From: Vicinamibacterales bacterium
GTDB lineage: Bacteria > Acidobacteriota > Vicinamibacteria > Vicinamibacterales > UBA8438
Direction: 5' to 3'
Assembly (NCBI GenBank): GCA_965214865.1
Contig: CBDCCN010000004.1
Coordinates: 2,801,300-2,865,299 of the forward strand
Length of the DNA stretch: 64,000 bases
The translations under genes and the position numbers were made by a program. Positions within the stretch are counted from its first letter, which is position 1; each line of letters begins with the position of its first letter. The notes beneath the pieces were generated by a model that saw nothing but the letters and a program-made list of their open reading frames with translations, made no database searches and was not told the origin of the DNA. This document shows positions 41,677-51,110 of the stretch, in pieces.

Positions 41677-43038
41677 ATGATGCGCAGGATGGCGTCGATG
41701 CAGGTGGCTGCGGCGTTCGTCTCGAGTCGCGGGTGGCGCCGGAGGCGCGTCGCCCCGGTTCTGGTCGGCGCCGCGGTCGTGCTCGGCGCAGCCTGTTCCG
41801 CCGGGTCCGGCGGGAGCGGGGACCCGCGGGAGGAGGCCGTCGATGCGCCGCGCGATGCGGAGCGGCCGAACATCGTCTGGATCGTGGCGGATGCGGTCGG
41901 CGCGTCCCACGTCGAGAGCTTCGGCGGAGCCCGCACGGTGACCGCCGAGACCGCCGCCGTCGCGTCCGACCCGGCGTCGGCGCGCGCAGCGTTGCTGACC
42001 GGCGTGCGCCCGGCGGCGCTCGGTCTCGACGCGGTGACGGGCCGGCTCGCCGCCCCGCCGCCCGCCGGGGTCACGGTCCTGCCGGAGCAGCTCCGGCGGG
42101 CCGGCTACTACACCAGCCGCGCCGGGGCGCCGCGCCACAATCTGGCGTCCGGCGAAACACGACCCGTCGACATCGTGCACGTTGACGGCGGGGTGCACGA
42201 TGCCGCGCGCGCCCTGCCGGTCCCCGTCGAGGACCTCGCGCAGCCGGGCCTGCTGGGCGCCTGGGACGCGGCCGGTCCCGGCGCCGGCTGGCGCGGACGG
42301 GAGAAGGACTGGGAGTCTCCCTGCACGGTGTCGTTCGGCTGCGGCGGGGCGCGCCGCCCGGGCGTGCGTCCGTTCTTCGCGCTGTTCAACGTCGACGCGG
42401 GCGGCGCCGGCCGGGGGCAGGCTCTCGAGGAACGGGTTGCGCGCATCGTCGACGCGCTGAAGGCTGACGATCTGCTGGAAGACACGGTCGTGTTCCTGAT
42501 CGGCGCGAGCGGCCCGACGCCGACCGTGGCCGTGCGCTGGCCCGCACGCCTCGCCGACGCCGTCGAGCCGGACGGCCCGGTCAGCCTGCTGGACCTCGCT
42601 CCGACCGCGCTGGCGCTGGCGGGTGTCCCGGCGCCCGCGTACATGGAGGGCCGTGCGCTGGTCGGTTCGGGCCCGCCGGTTGCGCCGCCGGCGTCCGCTC
42701 CGACCGCGGCGCGGCGCAACGTTGCCGCGCCGCGCCGCGCGGCAGCGCAGGACGGCGCAGGCATGGACTCCGCGGCATCGACGCCGGGCACGCCTCCGGC
42801 CGCCGCCACCCCGGGCGGCTACCCGACCGGCGGCCTGTTCCACGTCGCACCGCGCGTCGAGCTCCGGTGCGACACCGAAGGGGCGGCCATCGTCTACACC
42901 ACCGAGCGCGAGGCGCCGTTCTACTGGCGGCTGTACACGGGGCCGTTCCGGATGCGCTTCTGGACGCTGCGGTTCCAGTGCGGGCGCCTCGGGTACCGCG
43001 ACAGCGACATCGTGACGTTCGACTTCGACATCGAATGA
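41677..43038 (+). CDS. sulfatase-fold lipoprotein with degenerate catalytic motifs plus a chitobiase/hexosaminidase-C-like terminal domain
   Basis: The first ATG is at 41677 (the track ORF starts at TTG 41650). Lipobox is VVLGAACS. It is colinear with sulfatases (PNIVWIVADA, ARAALLTGVRP, LRRAGYYT, PFFALFN, DTVVFLIGASG, VRWPARL, SLLDLAPTALALAGVP). However, the CxPxR site, the DD/DN metal ligands and the K/H residues are substituted. The C-terminus is VELRCDTEGAAIVYTTE...YTGPF. Confidence 0.65.
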   Translation: MMRRMASMQVAAAFVSSRGWRRRRVAPVLVGAAVVLGAACSAGSGGSGDPREEAVDAPRDAERPNIVWIVADAVGASHVESFGGARTVTAETAAVASDPASARAALLTGVRPAALGLDAVTGRLAAPPPAGVTVLPEQLRRAGYYTSRAGAPRHNLASGETRPVDIVHVDGGVHDAARALPVPVEDLAQPGLLGAWDAAGPGAGWRGREKDWESPCTVSFGCGGARRPGVRPFFALFNVDAGGAGRGQALEERVARIVDALKADDLLEDTVVFLIGASGPTPTVAVRWPARLADAVEPDGPVSLLDLAPTALALAGVPAPAYMEGRALVGSGPPVAPPASAPTAARRNVAAPRRAAAQDGAGMDSAASTPGTPPAAATPGGYPTGGLFHVAPRVELRCDTEGAAIVYTTEREAPFYWRLYTGPFRMRFWTLRFQCGRLGYRDSDIVTFDFDIE

Positions 43039-43226
43039 ACGAGGCGCACCGGCCCTTGCCGGACATGACGGCGCGGCCGGTTCCGGGCGGCTGCGGGCGG
43101 TCGTCGAATTCCGGGGCACGCCCGCAAGCCGGCGGAAGGCGCGCCGGACCGACAGAGGCCCCGGCGGTTGCAACTCCGCGCCGGTCGGTCCATGATCAAC
43201 GCACCTGAACGCATCTGGAGGGTGTC

Positions 43227-44303
43227 ATGAGGCGGAGACACGTCCTGCTCGGAGCGGCGGTCGCAACGGCGGCGGCGATGACGATGGCGCCGGTCCCGGC
43301 GTCCGGTCAGTCGGCGGACGAGTGGTCGATGCCCCGAACTCCCTGGGGCCACCCGGACCTGCAGGGCTACTGGACGAGCTCGACCTACACGCCGCTGGAG
43401 CGGCCCGACAACCTCGGCGACCGGGCGTTTCTCTCGGAGGAGGAGCTCGCCGCGGCGAACGAGATCCTGACCGCCGAGGGAGTCGATCCGCTGCGTGCGC
43501 GCAGTTTCCTGGCCGGCGCGACCGAAGAGGAGCGGCTCGAACGGACGCGGCAGACGCAGGAGAACATCCACTACGACAACTCGATCTGGCTGCGCGAGAA
43601 TCGGCCGCGGCAGCTCACGACCCGGCGCACGTCGCTGATCGTGGACCCGCAGAACGGCAAGATCCCGCCGCTCATCCCGTCCGCGCAGGAGCGCGAGGCG
43701 CTGCGGCGGGCCGAGAGCCGCTGGCTGGTCTACAACATCTCGCCGCAGTCCTTCGACAGCCACCAGACCCGGACGCTGCAGGAGCGCTGCCTGGTGTGGC
43801 GCCACGAGGGGCCGCCGATGCTGCCCCCCTCCTACAACGACCTGATGCAGATCCTGCAGACCGAGGACTACGTGGTCGTCATGCAGGAGATGCGGGAGAA
43901 CGACGCGCGGATCATTCCCCTCGACGGCCGGCCGCACCTGCCGCCGGGCATGCGGGAATGGTCGGGCGACTCGCGGGGCCGGTGGGAGGGCGACACCCTG
44001 GTGGTCGAGTCCATCAACTTCAGCGAGAAGGTGCACTTCAACGGCTCGAGCACCGGGCTGCACGTCGTCGAGCGCTTCACGCGGGTCGACGACGAGAACA
44101 TCCGCTACGAGTTCACCGTCACCGATCCGACCACCTGGGCGCGGCCCTGGAGCGTCGAGTATCCGCTGATGCAGCGGGAAGGGCCGCTCTACGAGTACGC
44201 CTGCCACGAGGGCAATCACGACGCCAGGCACATCCTGGAAGTGGCGCGGAACCTCGACCGGGCGGCGGCCGCCGAGGCGTCCGCGGCCGGCGAGTCCAGG
44301 TAG
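43227..44303 (+). CDS. PDLQG/WEGDTLV family, copy P5
   Basis: GGAGGG RBS. N-terminus is MRRRHVLLGAAVATAAAMTMAPVPASGQ. Motifs: PRTPWGHPDLQGYW, TSLIVDPQNGKIPPLIP, ERCL, YNDLMQILQTEDYVVVMQE, ARIIPLDGRPHLP, WSGDSRGRWEGDTLVVESINF, ERFTR, YEYACHEGN. Confidence 0.9.
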   Translation: MRRRHVLLGAAVATAAAMTMAPVPASGQSADEWSMPRTPWGHPDLQGYWTSSTYTPLERPDNLGDRAFLSEEELAAANEILTAEGVDPLRARSFLAGATEEERLERTRQTQENIHYDNSIWLRENRPRQLTTRRTSLIVDPQNGKIPPLIPSAQEREALRRAESRWLVYNISPQSFDSHQTRTLQERCLVWRHEGPPMLPPSYNDLMQILQTEDYVVVMQEMRENDARIIPLDGRPHLPPGMREWSGDSRGRWEGDTLVVESINFSEKVHFNGSSTGLHVVERFTRVDDENIRYEFTVTDPTTWARPWSVEYPLMQREGPLYEYACHEGNHDARHILEVARNLDRAAAAEASAAGESR

Positions 44304-44335
44304 ACGAGTCCAAGTAGTAGAGGAAGGGAAGTGTG

Positions 44336-45949
44336 ATGCGCACCCAACGGACCGCGGTCGTTCTGTGCAGCGCCCTCGTCCTCTCGGCGTGCGGGGCGGG
44401 CGACGCCGATGCTCCCGGCGGCGAGCGGCTCGGGCCGGTCGTCGAGACCGGCCCGGGAACCCTCGAAGGGGAGCATGCCGCGGGCGACGACGGGGTGCTC
44501 GTGTTCCGGGGCGTGCCGTACGCCGAGCCGCCGGTGGGGGACGCCCGCTGGCGCGCTCCGGCGGCGAAGGCGTCGTGGGAGGCCGCGCGGTCGGCCACCA
44601 CCTTCGGACCGGCCTGCTGGCAGCGGCTCACGCCGGAATCCTCCATCTACACCCGCGGCGAACTGGACCGCAACGAGGACTGCCTCTACCTCAACGTCTG
44701 GACCGCGGCGACGGACGCGGCCGAGGCGCGGCCGGTGATGGTCTGGTTCCACGGCGGCGGGCATACCGGCGGCTGGGGCAGCGCGAAGGTCTTCGACGGC
44801 ACGGCGCTGGCGAAGAAGGGCGTCGTGCTCGTCACCATCAACTACCGGCTCGGGCCGTTCGGCTTCCTGGCCCACCCGGCGCTGACCGCGGAATCGCCGC
44901 ACGCAGCGTCCGGCAACTACGGCCTGCTCGACAAGGTGGCGGCCCTGGAGTGGGTGCGCGACAACGTCGCGGCCTTCGGCGGCGACCCCGGCAACGTGAC
45001 CATCTTCGGGCAGTCGGCCGGCTCGTGGAGCGTCTGCTACCTGATGGCGTCGCCGCTGGCGGCCGGCCTGTTCCACAAGGCCATCGGCCACTCGGGGGGC
45101 TGCTTCCGCGGCGGCCGGCCCGACCTGCCGGCGGCGCACGAGGCGGGTCTGACGGCTGCCGCCGCCCTCGGCGCGGAGGGCGGCGGAGCCGATGCGCTCG
45201 CGGCGTTGCGGGCGCTGGACGCCGAGGCGGTGCTCGACTCCGATCTCGGATCGGGCGCCATCGTCGACGGCTGGTTCATGCCGCGGCCGGCCCGCGCGAT
45301 CTTCGAGGCCGGCGAGCACAACGACGTGCCGGTCATCGTCGGCGCGCTGGCGAACGAGGGGACGACCCTGTACGCGAACATGCCGGAGCGGACCGCGGCG
45401 GAGCTGGCGTCCATGCTGCGCGAGCAGTACGGCGACCACGCCGACGCGCTGGCGGCAGCCTACGAGCCGGAGGTCGAGAAGTCGACGAAGTGGGGCGCGC
45501 AGGCGATCCAGGCCGACCGCAGCTTCGTCTGGGAGATGCGTACCTGGGCCCGCGCGGTGGAGGCGGCCGGCAACGCCGCGTATCTCTATTTCTTCAGCCA
45601 GGCGCCGCCGGTGTTCCGGATCTACGTCCCGGAGCGCGCCGTCATCGACATGCCCGACGGGCCGGACGGTTACGGCGCGTACCACTCCGGCGACCTCGCC
45701 TATGCCTTCGGCAACACCGGGCCGGTGGGGATAAACTGGACCGAGTGGGATCACGAGATAGCGCGCGCGATGTCGCAGTACTGGGTGAACTTCGCGCGCA
45801 CGGGAGATCCGAACGGCGACGGGCTCGCGACGTGGCCGCGCTACGAGGCCGCGGCCGACGAATGGCTGGAGTTCGGCTCCGACATCAAGACCACGCGCGA
45901 AGTGCGCAAGGAGAAGCTGGATCTGTTCGATCTCGTCAATGCGCCGTAG
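44336..45949 (+). CDS. type-B carboxylesterase lipoprotein
   Basis: The ATG at 44336 follows AGGAAGGGAA. Lipobox is LVLSAC. Motifs: FRGVPYAEPPVG, EDCLYLNVW, VMVWFHGGG, NYRLGPFGF, GNYGLLD, VTIFGQSAGS. It starts 32 nt after P5. Confidence 0.9.
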   Translation: MRTQRTAVVLCSALVLSACGAGDADAPGGERLGPVVETGPGTLEGEHAAGDDGVLVFRGVPYAEPPVGDARWRAPAAKASWEAARSATTFGPACWQRLTPESSIYTRGELDRNEDCLYLNVWTAATDAAEARPVMVWFHGGGHTGGWGSAKVFDGTALAKKGVVLVTINYRLGPFGFLAHPALTAESPHAASGNYGLLDKVAALEWVRDNVAAFGGDPGNVTIFGQSAGSWSVCYLMASPLAAGLFHKAIGHSGGCFRGGRPDLPAAHEAGLTAAAALGAEGGGADALAALRALDAEAVLDSDLGSGAIVDGWFMPRPARAIFEAGEHNDVPVIVGALANEGTTLYANMPERTAAELASMLREQYGDHADALAAAYEPEVEKSTKWGAQAIQADRSFVWEMRTWARAVEAAGNAAYLYFFSQAPPVFRIYVPERAVIDMPDGPDGYGAYHSGDLAYAFGNTGPVGINWTEWDHEIARAMSQYWVNFARTGDPNGDGLATWPRYEAAADEWLEFGSDIKTTREVRKEKLDLFDLVNAP

Positions 45950-46729
45950 GGCGGCGGGGCTCGCGATCCTTTTCTGTGTCGTTTACGCCATGGGACTCGG
46001 TGGAATCGTCCTCTGGTGCTGGAGGTTCGCGTCATCGTCCCGGGCGGCGTTTCGTTCCCCGACAGCCTGGCGCCGTGGGCCCGGACAGTCGTGGGTGTGA
46101 CGTGGATCGTTTTTTGCTGTTGTTTCATGACGCTGCTCCTCGGGAGTTTCTTGCCGCGACCGTTGTTGCGCCGGGAGTCCGAAGTTGACGAGGTCATCAG
46201 GGCCGGTGAAGAACTACTTGCACGGATCCGGTCCGTTCGATGACCAGCGAGCGCCATGACCCGGAGGCAGGCCGTTCGTCTAAGTTTCCACCCGGCAGGG
46301 CCGGACCCGCGCATGGATGAAACCCGTGAGTTTCCCAGTAGAATACCTTCGTTTCGAAGGGCACGCTGCCCGTTGCCGCGGGTGCCACGGTTGTCGTGAC
46401 GTTGGGGCAACTGTTCGACGATGAGTCCTGGCGGAGGGCTTTCGCGGCTGGAGGTCCCGCGTTGGCGGCGGTCGGTTCGGCCGCGCCGCGCTGGCTCGCC
46501 GAGCGTCTGGAGCCGTGGTTCCATCAGCGGACGGGCCTCGGACAAGTCGACGAGTGGCTGAGGAATCCCGACACGAGCGACGAAGACAAGAGGATGAACG
46601 TAACGAGCTGCGCATGGCGTACCTGGATCGGATACATCGAAGAATCGACGGGAGCAACAGGAACGACGCGCTGATTGCTTACGGAATGGTCCGGGTCGTC
46701 CAAACCACCGGGGCACAAGGGGAGGCATC

Positions 46730-47449
46730 ATGAAATCCGTCGCACTGCTGTGCACAGCCTTGTTGACCATCATGACCGCGCCGGCGGCGGCGCAGTCGCG
46801 GGACGTCGATCTCACCGGCGCGGACGGCACGAACCTGAAGGCGACCTACACGTCGCCCGGCCAACCCGGCCCCGCGATGCTGCTGGTCCACCAGTGCAAC
46901 ATGGACCGGACGTCGTGGAGCGGCATCGCGTCGCAGCTCGTCGACGCCGGCGTCCACGTGCTGACCCTGGACCTGCGCGGCTTCGGCGACAGCGGCGGCC
47001 CCCCGGTGCGCGAGATCGGCTTCCAGACCTTTCTGCCGCTGGCGCTGGGTGACGTCAAGGTCGCGTTCGACTACCTCGTCGAGCAGGAGGGCGTCGACGC
47101 GGATCGCGTGGCGGCGGGCGGGGCGAGCTGCGGCGCGATGCTGACCGCGGACCTGGCGGCGCGCCGCGACGTCGAGGCGCTGATGCTGCTCTCCGGCCCG
47201 CCGAGCGAGGCGGCCGTCGCCAACATGGCGTCGTCGCCCGAGCTCGCGGTGTTCGCCGCGGCGGCGACCGGCGACACGGTGACCCCCGGCGTGGCCGATG
47301 CGCTGCAGGGCGCGGTCGACGGCTCCCGCCATCCGCATTCGACGGCGAAGATCTACGACGGTCCCGAGCACGGGCTGCCGATGTTCGACAAGAACCCGGA
47401 CCTCGAGCCGGCGCTGGTCTCGTGGCTGAAGGCCGAGCTGCTGCAGTAG
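46730..47449 (+). CDS. secreted alpha/beta hydrolase, dienelactone-hydrolase-like, with a possible Cys nucleophile
   Basis: AAGGGGAGG RBS. Signal peptide is MKSVALLCTALLTIMTAPAAAQ. Contains LDLRGFGDSGG, nucleophile-elbow-like AAGGASCGA and a late GPEHG. Confidence 0.8.
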   Translation: MKSVALLCTALLTIMTAPAAAQSRDVDLTGADGTNLKATYTSPGQPGPAMLLVHQCNMDRTSWSGIASQLVDAGVHVLTLDLRGFGDSGGPPVREIGFQTFLPLALGDVKVAFDYLVEQEGVDADRVAAGGASCGAMLTADLAARRDVEALMLLSGPPSEAAVANMASSPELAVFAAAATGDTVTPGVADALQGAVDGSRHPHSTAKIYDGPEHGLPMFDKNPDLEPALVSWLKAELLQ

Positions 47450-47559
47450 CGCTCATGCCCGGCGCGTGTCGGGCGCCTTCCATCTGACCAGCGTTCCGAG
47501 TCCGAGGCGATCGCCGATCGGTTGCCGCCAAGCGCCCCCCGGAGAGGTGTAGGAGACCG

Positions 47560-48870
47560 ATGAGTCACAACAAGAAGGTGGCGATCCTGGTCGGCGGCGG
47601 TCCGGCGCCGGGCATCAACAGCGTCATCGGGGCGGCGACCATCCGCTGCTGTCTCGAGGACGTCGAGGTGGTCGGCATTCGCGACGGCTTCGAATCGATC
47701 ATGCGGGGCAACATCGACCACGTCACCCCGCTGACCATCGACGCCGTCAGCCGGATACACTTCCGCGGCGGCTCCGTCATCGGCACGTCGCGGGCCAATC
47801 CGACGACGGATCCGAAGCTGCTCGAGAACGTCGTCACGTCGCTGCTGCGGCTGAACGTGTCGCAGCTCGTCACCATCGGCGGCGACGACACCGCCTTCTC
47901 CGCCATGCAGTTGGAGCGCACCGGGTCCGGCCGGCTGGGCGTCGTGCACGTGCCGAAGACCATCGACAACGACCTCGACCTGCCGTCCCACGTCGAGACG
48001 TTCGGCTTCCAGACCGCGCGGCACCACGGCGTCGAGATCGTCAAGAACCTGATGGTCGACGCCAAGACCACCTCGCGCTGGTACTTCCTGGTCACCATGG
48101 GCCGCAAGGCGGGGCACCTCGCGCTGGGCATCGGCAAGGCGGCGGGCGCCACGCTGACGCTGATTCCGGAGGCTTTCCCGCAGGAGCGGGTGCGGCTGAA
48201 GACGGTCGTCGACACGCTCGCCGGCGCGATGATCAAGCGCTGGACCGAGGGACGCCGCGACGGCGTCGCGGTCGTCGCGGAAGGGCTCGCGCTGCGGATC
48301 GATCCCGACGACCTCAAGCAGCTCGCCGACGTCGAGCGGGACGAGCACGACAACGTGCGCATCGCGGAGGTGAACCTCGGCGCGATCCTCAAGACGCAGG
48401 TCGCGGTCCGTCTGGCCGGATTCGACCTGAAGATCACCACCGTCGCCAAGAACGTCGGTTACGAGCTGCGGTGCGCGGATCCCGTGCCGGCCGACATGGA
48501 GTATACGCGCGACCTCGGTTTCTGCGCGGCCAAGTACCTGCTCGAGGGTGGCAACGCGGCATTGATCTCGCTCGACGCCGGGCAGTTCGTGCCGATCCCG
48601 TTCGAGCGCCTCATCGATCGGGACACGGGACGTTTCCGCGTCCGGCTCGTCGACGTCGAGTCCACCCGCTACCGCATCGCCCACCGGTACATGATCCGGT
48701 TGCGGCGCGACGACTTCGACGACCCGCACGAGCTGGCGAAGCTGGCGGCCACGGTGGGGGTGTCGCGGGCGCAGTTCGAGAAGGAGTTCGCCTACCTGGT
48801 CGCCTCCGAGCCGGAACCGCTCGTGCTGGGCGCCGGCGGCAGGCAGGTAGAAGCGCAGGCTGCATCGTGA
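47560..48870 (+). CDS. pfp: 6-phosphofructokinase, probably PPi-dependent
   Basis: Contains KVAILVGGGPAPGINSVI, TIGGDDT (Asp where ATP-PFKs have Gly), VHVPKTIDNDL (Lys where ATP-PFKs have Gly), MGRKAGHLAL. GGAGAGG lies upstream. Confidence 0.9.
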   Translation: MSHNKKVAILVGGGPAPGINSVIGAATIRCCLEDVEVVGIRDGFESIMRGNIDHVTPLTIDAVSRIHFRGGSVIGTSRANPTTDPKLLENVVTSLLRLNVSQLVTIGGDDTAFSAMQLERTGSGRLGVVHVPKTIDNDLDLPSHVETFGFQTARHHGVEIVKNLMVDAKTTSRWYFLVTMGRKAGHLALGIGKAAGATLTLIPEAFPQERVRLKTVVDTLAGAMIKRWTEGRRDGVAVVAEGLALRIDPDDLKQLADVERDEHDNVRIAEVNLGAILKTQVAVRLAGFDLKITTVAKNVGYELRCADPVPADMEYTRDLGFCAAKYLLEGGNAALISLDAGQFVPIPFERLIDRDTGRFRVRLVDVESTRYRIAHRYMIRLRRDDFDDPHELAKLAATVGVSRAQFEKEFAYLVASEPEPLVLGAGGRQVEAQAAS

Positions 48871-48942
48871 ACCGCGGTTGACGGCCCCGGGTATTCCAGC
48901 GCCCGCCGTGGTCGGTACGGGTCTTGCTTTCAACACGGCGTC

Positions 48943-49194
48943 ATGCAGGCACTCACCGAATTCCGGCGGTTGGCCCATCTGCTCATCGTGAAGGACCTCC
49001 CCGACCGCGATGTCGACTGGATCGCGTGGCAGGTCCGCGCCATCTACCGCGAGATTCCGGGACTGGCGTTGACCGTGGAGGACGTGCAGGAGACCTTCGA
49101 TCTGGACCGCGCCACCTGCGACGTCGTTCTGCGCGCCCTGACCGACGCGGGCTTCCTGGAGACGGACGGCAGGGCACTCCGGCTCGCTGTCTGA
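48943..49194 (+). CDS. small hypothetical protein, possibly winged-helix
   Basis: 83 aa with non-biased composition. The C-terminal half (LTVEDVQETFDLDRATCDVVLRALTDAGFLETDGR) looks wHTH-like. No family recognised. Confidence 0.45.
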   Translation: MQALTEFRRLAHLLIVKDLPDRDVDWIAWQVRAIYREIPGLALTVEDVQETFDLDRATCDVVLRALTDAGFLETDGRALRLAV

Positions 49195-49199
49195 CGCGA

Positions 49200-49840
49200 C
49201 TGCGCCCTCGCTCGGAACGCGAGCTGCCAGCGGGTGTACAGCTCGTGGAGCGCCCCCGGCTTCTCGGCCGCGGGGCCGGTCCGGAAGAAGTCACCGGTCA
49301 GGAGCAGGCCCCCGCCGATCTCCAGCGCCGTCAGCGGACCCATCCGCCAGCGCGCCTCGGCCAGCAGCTCGTTGCCGATCGCGGTCGAGCCGCTCGCCGG
49401 GTTCGGCGCGTCGGAGCGCAGCCGGCCCGCGGCCAGGTATCCGGTCCACCGGCCGGCCGGCGGCTTGCTCGTAGCCGGCCGGCCGCGTCAGCAGGCCGAG
49501 TTCCCCGTTCTGCAGTCCGATCCCGAGATCGTTCACGTCGGACGGTCCCTGCGGCGAGGTCAGTCCCAGGAGGCTCCAGTAGGCCTGCGCGCCCCGGTTG
49601 TCGCGCACGCTCTGCGCGATGGTGCGGAACTCCCCGGAGCGGGTCGGGTCGGCGCCGTCGTCGCCGGTCGAGAAGACCGAGCGCAGGTGCAGGGTCCCCG
49701 CGGCCGGCGGAAACCGTGGTTGCGGCCTTGGCGGCCCAGCCGTCCGTGATCGAGATGTCCGCGGCCGCCGGATCGACGCGGAGCGGGGGGAGCGCGGGGA
49801 GCGGCAGGTTCGGCTGCCGACCCCCCGACGCAGCGGCCGG
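49200..49840 (-). pseudogene. frameshifted C-terminal remnant of an outer-membrane beta-barrel (alginate-export/porin-like) gene
   Basis: Minus-strand pieces in at least 3 frames read: DISITDGWAAKAATTVSAG / TLHLRSVFSTGDDGADPTRSGEFRTIAQSVRDNRGAQAYWSLLGLTSPQGPSDVNDLGIGLQNGELGLL / YLAAGRLRSDAPNPASGSTAIGNELLAEARWRMGPLTALEIGGGLLLTGDFFRTGPAAEKPGALHELYTRWQLAF. The alternating pattern and the terminal aromatic residue are barrel-like. Confidence 0.4.
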
Positions 49841-49848
49841 TGTCGTGT

Positions 49849-50823
49849 TTACCGGGCTTCTTCCGCGTCCTCGGCCCGGCCGCCCGCGAGAATGCCCTCC
49901 ATCCCGAGGTTGCCCTCGTGGCAGGCGTACTCGTACATCACCTCGGACGAGAGGCTGAACGGGTAGGCGACCGTCCAGGACCGCGTGTACATCTGCGGAT
50001 CGTGGACCTCCACCTCGTACTCGAGCGTCCCGGGGCCGACGCGGGTGAACCGCTCGACGAGCATCATGTCCTCACCGGAGCCGTCGCGCGAGTTGAAGGC
50101 CGACCAGGGTTGCAGCGCGCTCACCCGGTGATCGAGATTCGTGGTCACGACCACGAGCGTGTCGCCCTCCCAGTGGCCGCGCGAGTCGCCGTTCCACTGG
50201 CCGATGTCGTCCGCCAGCGGCGGGCGTCCGTCGAGCGGCACCACGCGCACCTCGTGCACCTGCTCCAGCAGCATCACGACGTGGTCCGGCGTCTGGAAGA
50301 CCTGCATGTTGTTGTTGTAGGAGCGCGGGAACATGGCGTTGGGCATCCCGCCGCGGGTCACGCAGCGCTCCCAGATGTGCCGGTCCTCCCACGTGTCATC
50401 GCCGCGCGGCTGGCTGATGCGGGCCTTCTGTCCCTCCGGGGTCAGCGGCGGGAAGCGGCCGTTCGGCGGATCGACCAGCATCGACGTGCGGTTCGTCCGG
50501 GCGCCGCGCTCCATCCAGAAGTTGTTGTAGGCGCCCACGTTGCCCCCGGCGGCGGTGCGCCGGGCGTCGGCGAGCAGGAGCTGCTGGTTGCGCTCCTCGG
50601 TCGCGCGCCGAATCTGCGCGACCTCCTCGTCGCTCAGGGTCGCGCGGCCCTGGTGCTCGTCCGGCCGCTCCATCGGCGTGGCCCCGGACGAGCTCCAGAT
50701 GCCCTGCAGGTCCGGGTGGCCCCACGGGGTGCGGTAATCGTCCGCCGACTGGGCGGCCGCCATGCCCGGTACAACCAGCACCAGAACGGGAATCGCGAGA
50801 AGATGGAACCGTCGAGCACTCAT
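49849..50823 (-). CDS. PDLQG/WEGDTLV family, copy P6
   Basis: ATG at 50823 with AAGGAGG upstream. N-terminus is MSARRFHLLAIPVLVLVVPGMAAAQ. Motifs: YRTPWGHPDLQGIW, TSMLVDPPNGRFPPLTPEG, ERCV, YNNNMQVFQTPDHVVML, VRVVPLDGRPPL, WNGDSRGHWEGDTLVVVTTNL, ERFTR, YEYACHEGN. Confidence 0.9.
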   Translation of the reverse strand: MSARRFHLLAIPVLVLVVPGMAAAQSADDYRTPWGHPDLQGIWSSSGATPMERPDEHQGRATLSDEEVAQIRRATEERNQQLLLADARRTAAGGNVGAYNNFWMERGARTNRTSMLVDPPNGRFPPLTPEGQKARISQPRGDDTWEDRHIWERCVTRGGMPNAMFPRSYNNNMQVFQTPDHVVMLLEQVHEVRVVPLDGRPPLADDIGQWNGDSRGHWEGDTLVVVTTNLDHRVSALQPWSAFNSRDGSGEDMMLVERFTRVGPGTLEYEVEVHDPQMYTRSWTVAYPFSLSSEVMYEYACHEGNLGMEGILAGGRAEDAEEAR

Positions 50824-51110
50824 CTGAAACCTCCTTCGGGAGCACGGGAACGCGGATTCGGCAGCTTCCGATCGGAGTAACGTGGCACAGGCGGCGCCCA
50901 GGGTCAAGATCTTCACCCGGATTCAGTGAAAAGCTGCCGTCGATGTATCCTCGACGCGATGTTCACCGCGGAAGCTTCCATGGCGCGACACGTGGTGATC
51001 CTCGCCGCCTTCCACGTCGCTTTCGGCGCGGCGCCTCTTCGCACCGCACGCTGCGGCGCGCCGAGTCGCGCGCGTCGGCGTGAGTTCTACACTACGCGAG
51101 GAGGGGTGAA

